Of a stretch of 64,000 nt of DNA, positions 15,042-27,000 are shown in pieces (position 1 is the first letter of the stretch; every line of letters begins with the position of its first letter). The notes beneath the pieces are model-generated. The model saw nothing but the letters and a program-made list of their open reading frames with translations. It ran no database searches and was not told the origin of the DNA. The DNA comes from Eledone cirrhosa (taxonomy: Eukaryota): the NCBI GenBank assembly GCA_964016885.1, contig OZ024742.1, forward strand, positions 42,780,001 to 42,844,000. The letters run 5' to 3'. The position numbers were made by a program, and so were the translations under genes.

Positions 15042-18000
15042 TAATGCTATGCGAGAGAAATGAGATTAGATAAATGGTGGCAGGTAACAGGACAAACAAA
15101 CAAAGTGAGCAATATCTTACTTGATGCCGGGTAGTTTTAAACTTTTCTTTTCTAGTAAACCAAAAGACTGGAAAAACAAAATAAATATATAAATATAAAG
15201 TTTACATTAGAGAAATGACACAGACAAGCAGTCACTGACTACAGTAATAGCAGTGGCAAAACAGTCATTTTTAGATATATCGACAGCTGATGATGCCATG
15301 TTTAACTCTTTAGCATTTACATTACTCTATATATACTATTGTATTTTATCTCACGTAATATCAGATCTACAAGATTTTGATGTTATTTATTTTGAGAACA
15401 ATACTGTAACATCACTATGAGTGGCCAGTTACTACCAGTTTGAACAGAAAAAGGTGAGAGAATTCTGGCCATATATCACTGGCTTAAATGCTATAGGGTT
15501 AACAAAATGTCCTATATAGTATAGAACCACATTAGCAAGACACTCTTGAAATGAATAAATGAAGGAACACTATGACTGCACCACACCAAAAATGAAACCT
15601 TTTGTTAAATTATTACAGGGATTAACTGAAGGCAAGTAATATTACTTTCTAGTTTTCTCACTGATATTATATATTATACTGATATAAATTGGCAAATCAC
15701 ACACACACAGCCTCATTGTCAACTGCTACAAAAGTAAGAGAGTTGCACAAGATAGTGGCAGCTATAGGGGCATCAAACTGATGGACTAGGTCATGAAAGT
15801 TACCGAAAAAGTTCTTCCAGGTATCCCTCTATTTCCCAATTGCAAATGTTCCGCTCACACTATTATTGCTGTATTTATCATTTCATTAGCCTCCAAAACA
15901 CATTTATTTTTTTACCCTCGTTTTCTTTTCCCATGCTGTCTCTCTACGAAGTCATCTACTCTCTTCGACTATTATTAGTGTTGTATTTATCATTTCGCTG
16001 TCTCTACGAAGTCATCTACTCTCTTCGAAATCCTAACATTAACATTTCGTCTTGGTACTCCTATCGGTTTATTTTGCCATGAGATGCTATAGCCCATGAA
16101 GCCTTCCTATCTCACAATTTCCCTCCCGCCCACCCCCTCACACCACCATAGCCTATTCGACCAATCAAACCTCAGCATTGCCACCCCCCACCCATTACCA
16201 ACCCCAACAAACTGCCATTTCTACTACTACCTACCTCTCTCCTCACCCGTCCTAGCCCCAACACACCCTGCCATTATTACCACCACCACCACCACCACCA
16301 CTGTCCTTCTAGCCCTGAATTTTCCTACCGTTATGTATGGATTAGCTGAGAATAAATGGAGCAACCCCGAATTAATAAATGAAAATGAATACGCGAGCTA
16401 CCAAGCACCCACGTGAAGCTTCAATTCAGAGACAGGAAGCACACGCACACCCCTGCAAAAATCGACTTCCCCGCGAATGTTGACAAATGCCCAAAACTCG
16501 AGTTGGTACCATCAATGTAAGCACAATGAAAGGAAGAGCAGGAGAAATCGTAGAGATGCTAGAGCGAAAGGAAATTGATGTATGCTGTGTGCAAGAGACT
16601 AGATGGAGAGGAGAGTCTGCTAGAGTCCTTGTCGGAAAAAGTCAGTGCTACAAATTTTTCTAGGTGGGAAATGACGATGGAATGGGTGGTGTAGGTATCC
16701 TACTAGCTGACAAGTGGGTAGATAAGGTAATCTCAATGAACAGGGTGAATGCAAGAATCATTAAACTCAGGCTAGTCCTGAATAAAACAATTACCACAAT
16801 AATATCAGCTTACGCACCCCAATCGGGGTTGCCAGACGAACTTAAGGCTTTACGAGTCCCTAATGCACACTACTGCTCTAACAAACAACAATGATTTCCT
16901 AATCATTGCAGGAGATTTTAACGGACACGTAGGTAAACGCCGTGACGGCTTCTATACAGGCCATGGGGTTGGCACAAGAAATGAAGAAGGATTCAGGCTT
17001 CTAGAATTCTGCGACGCCAATGACATGTCGATATGTAACACAAACTTCAAAAAACCCGACAACCACCTGATCACCTATAGATCAGGGGAGCATTCTAGTC
17101 AGATAGATTTTATCCTCATCAGAGGACGTGACAAATGGACAGTCGTAAACACAAAAGCCTTCCCTAGTGAGGAATGTACCTCCCAACACAGCTTAGTTGT
17201 CAGCGACCTCACGGTGAGAACTAGACGAACCTGGAAACAGAAGCCAACCTGGAGAAGAAAGATCTGGAAGCTGAAAGACCCCTTAGCCAGTAAAGAAGAA
17301 CAGATAGAGACATTCAATGTAGAAGAGCACTGGGAGTTCCTAAAAAATAACTTACTAGAGGCGACGGATGAGATCTGTGGCTGGAGTAAGACCACAGGCA
17401 GGAGGAGAGTGACTTGGTGGTGGAACAATAAGGTAGATGAGGCAGTTAATGCCAAGAAACAGGCATGGAAAGAATGAAAGAACAGGGGAAGCAGAGTACA
17501 TTACATAGAGACCAGAAGGGAAGCTAGGCAACAAGTATACTTAGCGACGAGGGAAGCAGAGGATAGAAAATTCAAGCATGTTTTGCAATGTGAGGACCAG
17601 AAACAGATGTTCAGGATCGCGAAGCAGTGTGTCAGAGAGAATTGTGATGTCATTGGAGAGAAGTGAATCCGGAATGATAAAGGTGAGCTTGCCCTCACAA
17701 GTGCTGAGAAGAAAGATGCGTGGAAGAGCCATTATGATAGATTACTAAATGAGGAGAATGCATGGGAAGAAGAGACCCTACCCCAAATAGACCCTATAGA
17801 GGGGCCGGCAGTACATGTCAGCAACAGCGTAGTAAGTAAGGCAATCAAAGATATGAAAACGGGGAAGGCAACCGGTCCATCGGGTATAGCTGCCGAGATG
17901 CTGAAGGCATCTGGGTCGGTAGGTCACATTATAACCACACGTATTGTTAACCAGGTAATACTAGAAGGTGTCATACGAAAGGATTGGTGCAGTAGCATCA

Positions 18001-21000
18001 TTGTCAACTGCTACAAAGGTAAAGGTGATGCACTAGATAGAGGAAACTATAGAGGTATAAAGCTGATGGACCAGGTCATGAAAGTAACAGAAAGAGTTAT
18101 AGCACAGTTGATTAGGGACCGGGTGAAACTAGATGAGATGAAATTTGGGTTTGTGCCAGGAAGAGGCACCACTGATGCCCTCTTCCTTGTGAGGCAGTTA
18201 CAGGAAAAGTACCTAGCTAAACGTAAGCCACTCTACCTGGCATTCGTCGATCTCGAGAAAGCCTTTGACAGAGTTCCCCGTGCTATAATCTGGTGGGCTC
18301 TTAGAAAACTAGGAGTAGATGAATGGCTTGTGAAAGCTGTACAAGCCATGTATAGGGGAGCAGTCAGCAAAGTTAGGATTAGCAATGAGTATAGCGAGGA
18401 ATTTAGCATACAGGTCGGTGTCTACCAGGGCTCTCTTCTTAACCCTCTCCTGTATGCAGATGACCTCACACTTATAGCTGAATCTATGGTAGAACTAGAG
18501 AAGAAATTCCAAACTTGGAAGCAGGGACTAGAAAGAAAGGGTCTCAAAGTCAAACTGACAAAGACTAAGGTCCTTGTAAGTAGACAAGAAAACAGAACCC
18601 AGATTCCCTCAGGGAAATGGCCTTGCTCAGTATGTAGGAACTCCATTCTCTGTCCCAAATGCAAACAATGGGTACACAAGAGATGTAGCGGGATCTCAGG
18701 AAGCTTAACTAAGAATGTAGGCTTCACATGCAGCAGCTGTGCTGGGACAGCAAGCAGCAAACAAGTACCACCAATCTTTGGGAGGGCTCTGTAGAAACAG
18801 TAGACAGCTTCTGCTACCTAGGTGACCAAATTAGCAGCGGAGGTGGGTGTTCGGAAAGTACAATAATTAGGGTAAGAACGGGATGGAAGAAGTTCAGGGA
18901 GCTACTGCCACTGCTAGCTGCAAAAGGCTTTTCCCTCAAAATGAAAGGCAGACTGTATGATGCATGTATACAAACAGCAATGTTACATGGTAGTGAGACC
19001 TGGGCGCTGACTGTGGAAGCCTTGCGTAGATTAGAAAGAAACGAAGCCTGCATGCTCTGATGGATGTGTAATAGCGAACGGCAAAGCATAAATGAATTGA
19101 GAGAGAGACTGAGCATAAGAGGAATCAAATGCTGTGTGCAGGAGAAGCGGTTGCATTGGTATGGACATGTGATGCGTATGAAGGATGACAGCTGCATAAA
19201 AAGGTGCAGAGCACTAGAAGTCGATAGAAACCGCGGAGTGGGGAGACCCAAGAAGACCTGGGATGAGGTGATAAAATCCAACCATACCCAATTACACCTC
19301 TCAAAGGCAATGACACACGACCTCCCATGGGTACAAGCCGAAGATGAAGCATATAGACAATATGCCCCCACACACCCCACTGCAAAGTGGCCGTGGAGGT
19401 GCCACGGCAAAAAAGCACCCAGCACTCACTGTAAATGAGGTTGGTGTTAGGAAGGGCATCCAGCTGTAGAAATCAAGCCAGAATCAGTTCCTGTATGAGC
19501 AAGACAAGGTCAGCCGACCGGACACTGCCCACAACAGGACAACCTGTCTAACCCATGCTAGCGTGGACGAATGGACGTAAGACGGTGATGATAATGATGA
19601 TAATGATGATTAGGGATAAAATGAAACTAGATGAGCTGTAGTTTGGTTTTGCGCCAGGTAGGGGTTTCACTGATGTCTTCCTCCTTGAGTGATAACTGCA
19701 CGAGAAGTACTTAGCATCTATTGACCAACCTGGAGAGAGCTTTTGAGAAGGTACCTTGCTCCAGAATCTGGTGGGTGAATAGGAAACTCAGAGTAGATGA
19801 GTAGCTTGTGAGAACTATACAAGCCATGCACAGAGGTGCAGTCATCAAAATTAGAGATATTGAATAATGATGAGTTTAGCATGCATATAGGAATCGAAAC
19901 TGAGCTTTGTCCTCAGTCCACTTCTATTTATCATAGTGCTCCAGATCACAATAGGAGTTTCTCCACATAGTAAATTCTGTATACTGATGAACTGGTTCAT
20001 ATAGATGAATCAATGGAAGAGCTAGAGAAGAAATACCTACCATGGAAACAGATTTTAGAATAAAAAGGCCTCGGAATAAAATTAGAAAAGACCAAAGTTT
20101 TAGTATGAAAAATAGAATTCTGGTCAAGGAAGTGGCTGTGATCAATATGTAGAAAAGAAGTAGGTAGGAACTCTATATTATGTACACAATGTGTAGTGGG
20201 AGATGAACAGGAGTAGTTATTAGTAATAATCCCAATTTTGAGGAAATGTACACAGTTGAGGAAGGGCAATCATTGGTCTACCCAAGACTATAGTAGAAGC
20301 CCAAGGTGCCATGAAGTGGGACTGAACCCCCAAACAAGCAAACTCTTTATCTACACAGCCATGGTTGCACCTAAGTTAGTGTTAGCATATTTTATGCAAG
20401 GAACATTAAAAAGATAAGTGAAAGAATTATGTGGTGAAGGTAGGACTAAATACCTTGTGAAACAACTGATTAGCCACAGTACATTCATTACACTGTACAT
20501 CAATCAATAAATGATGAAGTAAAATACTTACAGGGGTTTCATACACACTGAGAGCATCAGTTCCAAGTCTGGCAAAATATTCACCTGTCTTGTTCCACCT
20601 GAAAGGAAAAATAAGGGTGAGTGAGAGAGGGAGAGAGAGAGAGAGCGAGAGAGAAGTGTGTATATATAGTCTAGAGTTGAGCAACATAGATACTAATAGA
20701 TACCTGACTGTTCTTTAAAAAAACAGAGAGCTGAGTTTATGGACATATAGGGGAGATAACTAAAAGTAATAATTGTTTCTACTTTTGGCACAAGGCCAGC
20801 TAAATTATCCAGTGTATTACTGGTACTTTATTTTAGATAAAATAAAGTATCAGTAATACACTGGGCAATTGCTGGCCTTGTGCCAAAAGTAGAAACAATT
20901 ATTACTTTTAGTTATCTCCCCTATATGTCCATAAACTCAGCTCTGTTTTAAAGTAATAATCACAGTCACATACAGAGGAAGTCCATGTGCATGAACAATT

Positions 21001-24000
21001 CAGCATTGATGAGCTGAGCATAAAAGGAATCAAATGTTGCATATAATGCCATAAATGATTATCAGTGGATGAAGAAATGCCAGGAGTTTCACAGTTATGG
21101 TGGTGGAAGTTAATTTTATTTCACAAAAGAGAAGACAATGGAAAGAAACAAGTGGAGAGATGCTGTCCAACTTTAGCATTTAAACTGGCCATATCCAGCC
21201 AGAATTCTCCCACAACTTTCTGTTCAAACCAGCCGGAACCAGTCACTCATACTGATGTTAAGGTATTATTCTCAAAATAAATAATATTTAAATCTCCCAG
21301 TTACAGCTGGTTTGAACAGAAAGAGGTGAGATAATTCTGGTTGGATATGGTCGGTCTAAATGCTAAAGGGTTAAAAGGTAACAAATTATGTATTTCCTTG
21401 TGATTGTCTGATCTATCTATTCTCTGAGACCCAAATTAGGGTTGAAAATTGATTAAGGATATTCATCATTTTTACAATTTACAGAGAAATATGTATTTTT
21501 GATATGCTTACATCTATACATTCAATGCAAGTCTGTGTGTATACACAAACACACACATTTATGCAGTCTCAGTTAAACTTTGCACTGCATATGAACAATT
21601 TAATATATAGTATATGCACAATTTAATATATAAACTTACTTAAAAACAGGCCAAGTTGACTGGTTTTCACAGTGGAAACTTCTTTTCTTATGACCAGTAC
21701 GGATATCCCAAATAATTATGGCTTGTGGATCATCTTTAGTCTCCTGCAGAGGGCTGAATGACACGAGATACCTGAAATGTATAATAGATTTATTAGAATA
21801 ATCCTAAATGATGGTAATACGCAAATGTACAAATATTGGTTACTTTCATACCAAACCAGCTGAAAATGCTATTGTTTTTACAATATTAAGCTGATAATTA
21901 TATAATCTTTGTATCTATGAAAAACCCATCCATTGTAATTTTATGTAAGAATCTTTATGTTCCAAAAAGCAATCATTTTTTATTATTTCCAAAATGATTT
22001 GAAAAACAAAAAAAAAACTATTTTTGAATTACAAGAAAGTAACAACATTTGCCATTACACACAATCATTTGATGTTTGTTTCTCCATGCCACCACAGTCC
22101 TGTGTTGCATAGCAAGTTCACAACAATGGATAGAATGGAAATTATTGTCCCATTGGGATGTTACCCAGGTTGTTTACATCAGGTCTAGTATTAAAAATAA
22201 CTCACCGTTCACAGGGAGAAAAGTCTATGAGCTGGACATCTGGATGACTGAACTTCATTATTTGCTCAAATTTCTCACCACCCCAAAGAGCAATACCCTT
22301 TGAATGAAAGGTAGCTAAGTAAGTTCCCTGTGGAGACCAACGTACGTAAGTCTCAGTCCACCGCTGGAAATAGAGGAAAACATCAACAGTGAATAAAAAC
22401 AGTGGATGGTGCAGTTGACATAGTCAACACAGGGATTGAAATTTAAAAGGATGTATACTTAGAGAACCAGTAGTTGTTACATGTGTTGTCAATAAAATGT
22501 TTCCTCCTTGGTAGAGAGGTCAGAATGTAGGAAAGGAGAGTAAAAAAAAATTGTGATGCCATATATCAAAGAGACATAGGCACTGAATATGAAATATTTG
22601 TGGAGGTTTTGAGAGTTGATTATAATCTGGTGTATGAGTGATGTCATTTACATATAAGGTGAGACACAAGCTGTGTAAATGGCTGGCTATTAAAGATGTT
22701 AACTCTTAATGTCCTTTTGCTTGAAAAGCCCAAAACAGCACAATGGATGTATCATTAACAATTGAAGTCTTTATTCTAATACTGCAAATCATCATAATGA
22801 TCTGTACACTAGTAAAGATGATATAAACATAAATTAATAAACACATTTTAGATATTTTCTGCTAAATCATTGTTAAAAGTTAAGATATATGAGCTGTTAA
22901 AATAGTTGGCTATTTATGATATTAAGGGACATGTGCAGTGATGTTATGTACATAAAAGGTACGGCACAAGTGAGCTATGAAAATAGAAGCAAAGAGAAGG
23001 ACAATAGTGACAGGAGAGAGAGAGAGAAAAGAGACTCACACTTCGCTCTTCGGCTAGATTTGGTTGTCCACCAGAACCATTAAAGAAAATGGCAGTTTTA
23101 TCGCCAGCATCATAGATAACACTATATTGATCAAAGCTTTCATTGTTCAGCAACCAGGAACGGAGATTACCCTGCAACATATACAAAAGAAACAGTTAAC
23201 CCTTTTATGACTGCATTTCTAATGAAATACACTGTATTTTATTCAATTAATGAAGAATTTTGAAGTATTTATTAAAATTATTAATTATTTCATTACTAAG
23301 ATAGTAAACTTAATGTTCATATATAAAATTATGTAGGCAGATTTTAATTTAAATTGGAAACCTTTAAAATGGGTAGTTTCATATCATAGAACTAGAGCCG
23401 GTTTTGGCCAAGTTGGTAACTAAAGGGTTAAAAACTGCACTACACTACTGATGGTGGTGTTGGGCAAGATTTCAAGTCTACTACTCAAGCAGGCCACAAT
23501 CGTATTTCAACCCAGAACAAATATCATAAGGCATCATATCTGATGCTATAACACTTCTGTCAATCCACCACTCATGACTGGTTACTACTAATCTAAGTTT
23601 AAAGTCTGTCTTTAGCCAGAAGGCTCGTAAGGCCAGTGCTTATCCTGGTTTCATGGCGACTGAATAAAAAACCCTGGACTGTTATGGAACACCGTTGGAT
23701 ATAGGTCTGCTGGCTCTGAGCAACAAGAGCTGTCACCACAACCACATTAAATGCCAAACGAAAAGGTCAAATCTCCAAATCATGCCTATCGTAAGAAAGG
23801 ACACACTGGATAATGTAGTTCTAAATATACATATCTGAAGAGAAGACAGGATGGTCACAGTTGGAATATCTATGATCATATTCCTGTTTCATCAGGACTG
23901 AACTGGGACCAACAACAAGAATAATAAATTTAAACCAAGTGTTGAACATTCAACCCTTGAATTAATGTTTAAGTGGTCAACTATTTCACTCTTAATGTAA

Positions 24001-27000
24001 ATTCCCTATCTGAATCAGTTTGACACAATATGTGACAAAGCTAGCCCTTTGAAATGCAGGTACAATCCATCCGATGTAGTCCCTCACAAATTTTGTGTAC
24101 ACAATTTCACTCAGCTACAGTCAACCCAAGGCTATGGCAAAAAAACTTGCTTAATATGCAACCATGAGATTGATCTCATGGTTGTAAAGCAAACTCATTA
24201 ACTACTTGGCCATGCCTGCACTAATTAATAATCCAAGTCAACAAAATATCTAGTATTTTATAAGAGTTGTACTGCTAGTACCATGATAAAATAAACACAG
24301 TGCATTCTGTAAAGTTCAGGAGGGTATCCAGATGTAGAAACCATGCCAAAAATTGGAATGTATGAGCAAGATAGCATCATCCCAACCCATCTATGAGGAC
24401 CAACTCTGAATATGAACTGACTCAGACTATAACAACCTATACCAGCAGGGAAAGCAGGCATAAAATGATGACAAAGACGTATAATACACACAATAAATAT
24501 ATATATAATTAGTCTTACCATGTCTTTATATGGTTTAGGCTGAGGCGGATCCCACTCCTTGGGAATACCTTCATATCTAGAAAAAGAAACATGGAACATA
24601 CTTTCAACTGTTATGAGAAACATCTATGAAAACGGTTTAACCCTTTTGTTATTTTATTTCAAATGAAAAACATTCTCTATGATTGTCAAATCATTTTGAA
24701 AATAATTAATTTGGAAAGAGACCTAGTTAGAAAGCTTGCAACTGAGTAGACTACAATTAAGTCACACAAGGACCTGATGGAGTGTTACAACAGGGTTGGA
24801 ATAAGATTACAATCCAAAATCAGGAGTGGTTACATTGACAGACTGCTGCACTATTTTAGTTGACCAAGTTTCAAGGAGCTGCATGGTGGTATTCAACCCT
24901 AAAGTATGTAGTTGTGAAGCAAACTTTTTAATGGCACAGCAATGGCTGTGATCTATATTGGTAACTGAAAATGACAATGTGCACCAAGGTAAGGGCTAAA
25001 CTGGGTTATGATGAAGTGAACCAGATTGCTTAAATCAACAAGGATAGTTAGTTCTACATCTGTGGTTCCCAACTTTTTCACTACCCATTTATTTAACCCT
25101 TTAGTGTTCAAACCGCCCGAAAACACCCACACTAAAAAATCCTTCTAAAAATAAACAAACCATCATCAAAATCTCGTCAATTCGAGACTGCTGCGAGATT
25201 AGGCCTTTACCGCGAAAATTAACAATAAAGTGAAACAAGTTAAAACAACACGTGTTTTTTTTAACTTTGAAAGTGAAAACGAAGTAGACTCCAGAGCGCC
25301 ATTGAAAATATTTCAGCATTTTTTACCGTAAATATTATATTCGGTATAAAACAATTTCCAAGACTGTGGAATTACTGGAACACTGATATAAGGTTAAGTG
25401 ATTCTTACATATCAAGTATTATGCTGAAAACAACGTATTTAAAATTAAACCAGTATTTGCACCTGGTTGATACTTCAAATGCCCCTATTAATTAATTTCA
25501 CCTGCCCATAAAAGTCTAATTTGACCAAAAAAAATCAGGTAAAATTATATAATTGTAAATTATTGATGTTTAAACATCTGACAAAATTTCAAGCCTGCAC
25601 ATAGAAAATTAAGAAAATTACAAACAAATAAAATTGATAACCCTCTTGAGTATGATTAACTGAAAATAATTGTTTCTACTTTTGGCACAAGGCCAGCAAT
25701 TACCCAGTACATTACTGGTACTTTATTTTATCGACCTCGTAAGGATGAAAGGCAAAGTTGACCTCGGTGAGATTTGAACTCAGAATGGAAAGGGCCGTAA
25801 TTCTATGCGTCAAAGCATGACGTCCGACCCTCTACCGATACTGCCAATCCCCCATTAACTGAAAATAATTGTTTCTACTTTTGGCACAAGGCCAGCAATT
25901 AACCAGTGCATTACTGGTACTTTATTTTATCGACCCCATAGGGATGAAAGGCAAAGTTAACCTCGGCGGAAGCCGACCCTCTACCGATACTGCCAATCCA
26001 CCGCCCTTTAACTGAAAATAATGCAAACAGATAAGCATGACGTTTGAAAATTAATGCGAATGCTAAAGGGTTAAATGAATTTTCCCACAAATTTCTCAGC
26101 TACAATTACCCACCTCCCAGATTGTTATACAGTGAGTATAACAGTTGAAAAAGAAAAATGTTTATAAAGAAGAATGGATACACAATAGCATGTGCATATT
26201 ATGTTTGTAACCAAGTAATTGAAATGTTGAACCTAGCTCATAGACCTCAAGCTACAGCTTAGGAAACTACTGATCTATACCAAGAGAAATTACTGGGTCC
26301 CAGGTAAAGGAATACTAAGACTTTAGATATTAATATTTTGTTTCAGAGTTATAACTGTCTGTTAAGTGGCTCTATCGAGACTGTATTGAAACTGAAGCAA
26401 TTACACACTGGAAGAGCCACCTTAATATATTGTAATGATTTAGAAAATGTCCAAAATTGGACTTGTTAATTCTTGACTTAAAGTTTTAATTTTTAATGTG
26501 ATCCAACATTTTCAAGGATGTCTTGCTAATGTGGTACATAATATGTAATAAAAAAAAACCCCTTGTAATTTATGGTGCCAAAGTTTTTATCATGATTCCA
26601 TAGAGCTGTGTTTGGACTTTGTCACTATCCATGTTGGAAGAAAGTACAAAGGTTTTTGCACTACATAGCAGTTATTGTGTTTTATTTTTTAAAATAATGG
26701 CTGAAATGACTTTTCTATGGTGTAACTCGTTTTGGATTCTGTAGGTCAAGTGTTTTTCTTTACTGGTTTCAACCATGCAGGGGCAGTGGCTTCAAGTGAT
26801 TTAGCTGATCATGATCATAACTAATACATATTTTATAATCAAGCCTGGCACTTATTTTATTGACCTCTCTTGGTCAAACTGCTATGGGACAAGCAGTAAA
26901 TGTAAAACAGACACAGAAATACACACACAAACATCCTTAGTTTCTGCCTACTAAATTTCACTCACAAGACAGTCAATCTGAGGCTACAGTAAAAGATACT

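Noticed and set aside
15821-19610. Active LINE
   Set aside because: In-frame stops, frameshifts and a deletion just before YADD.
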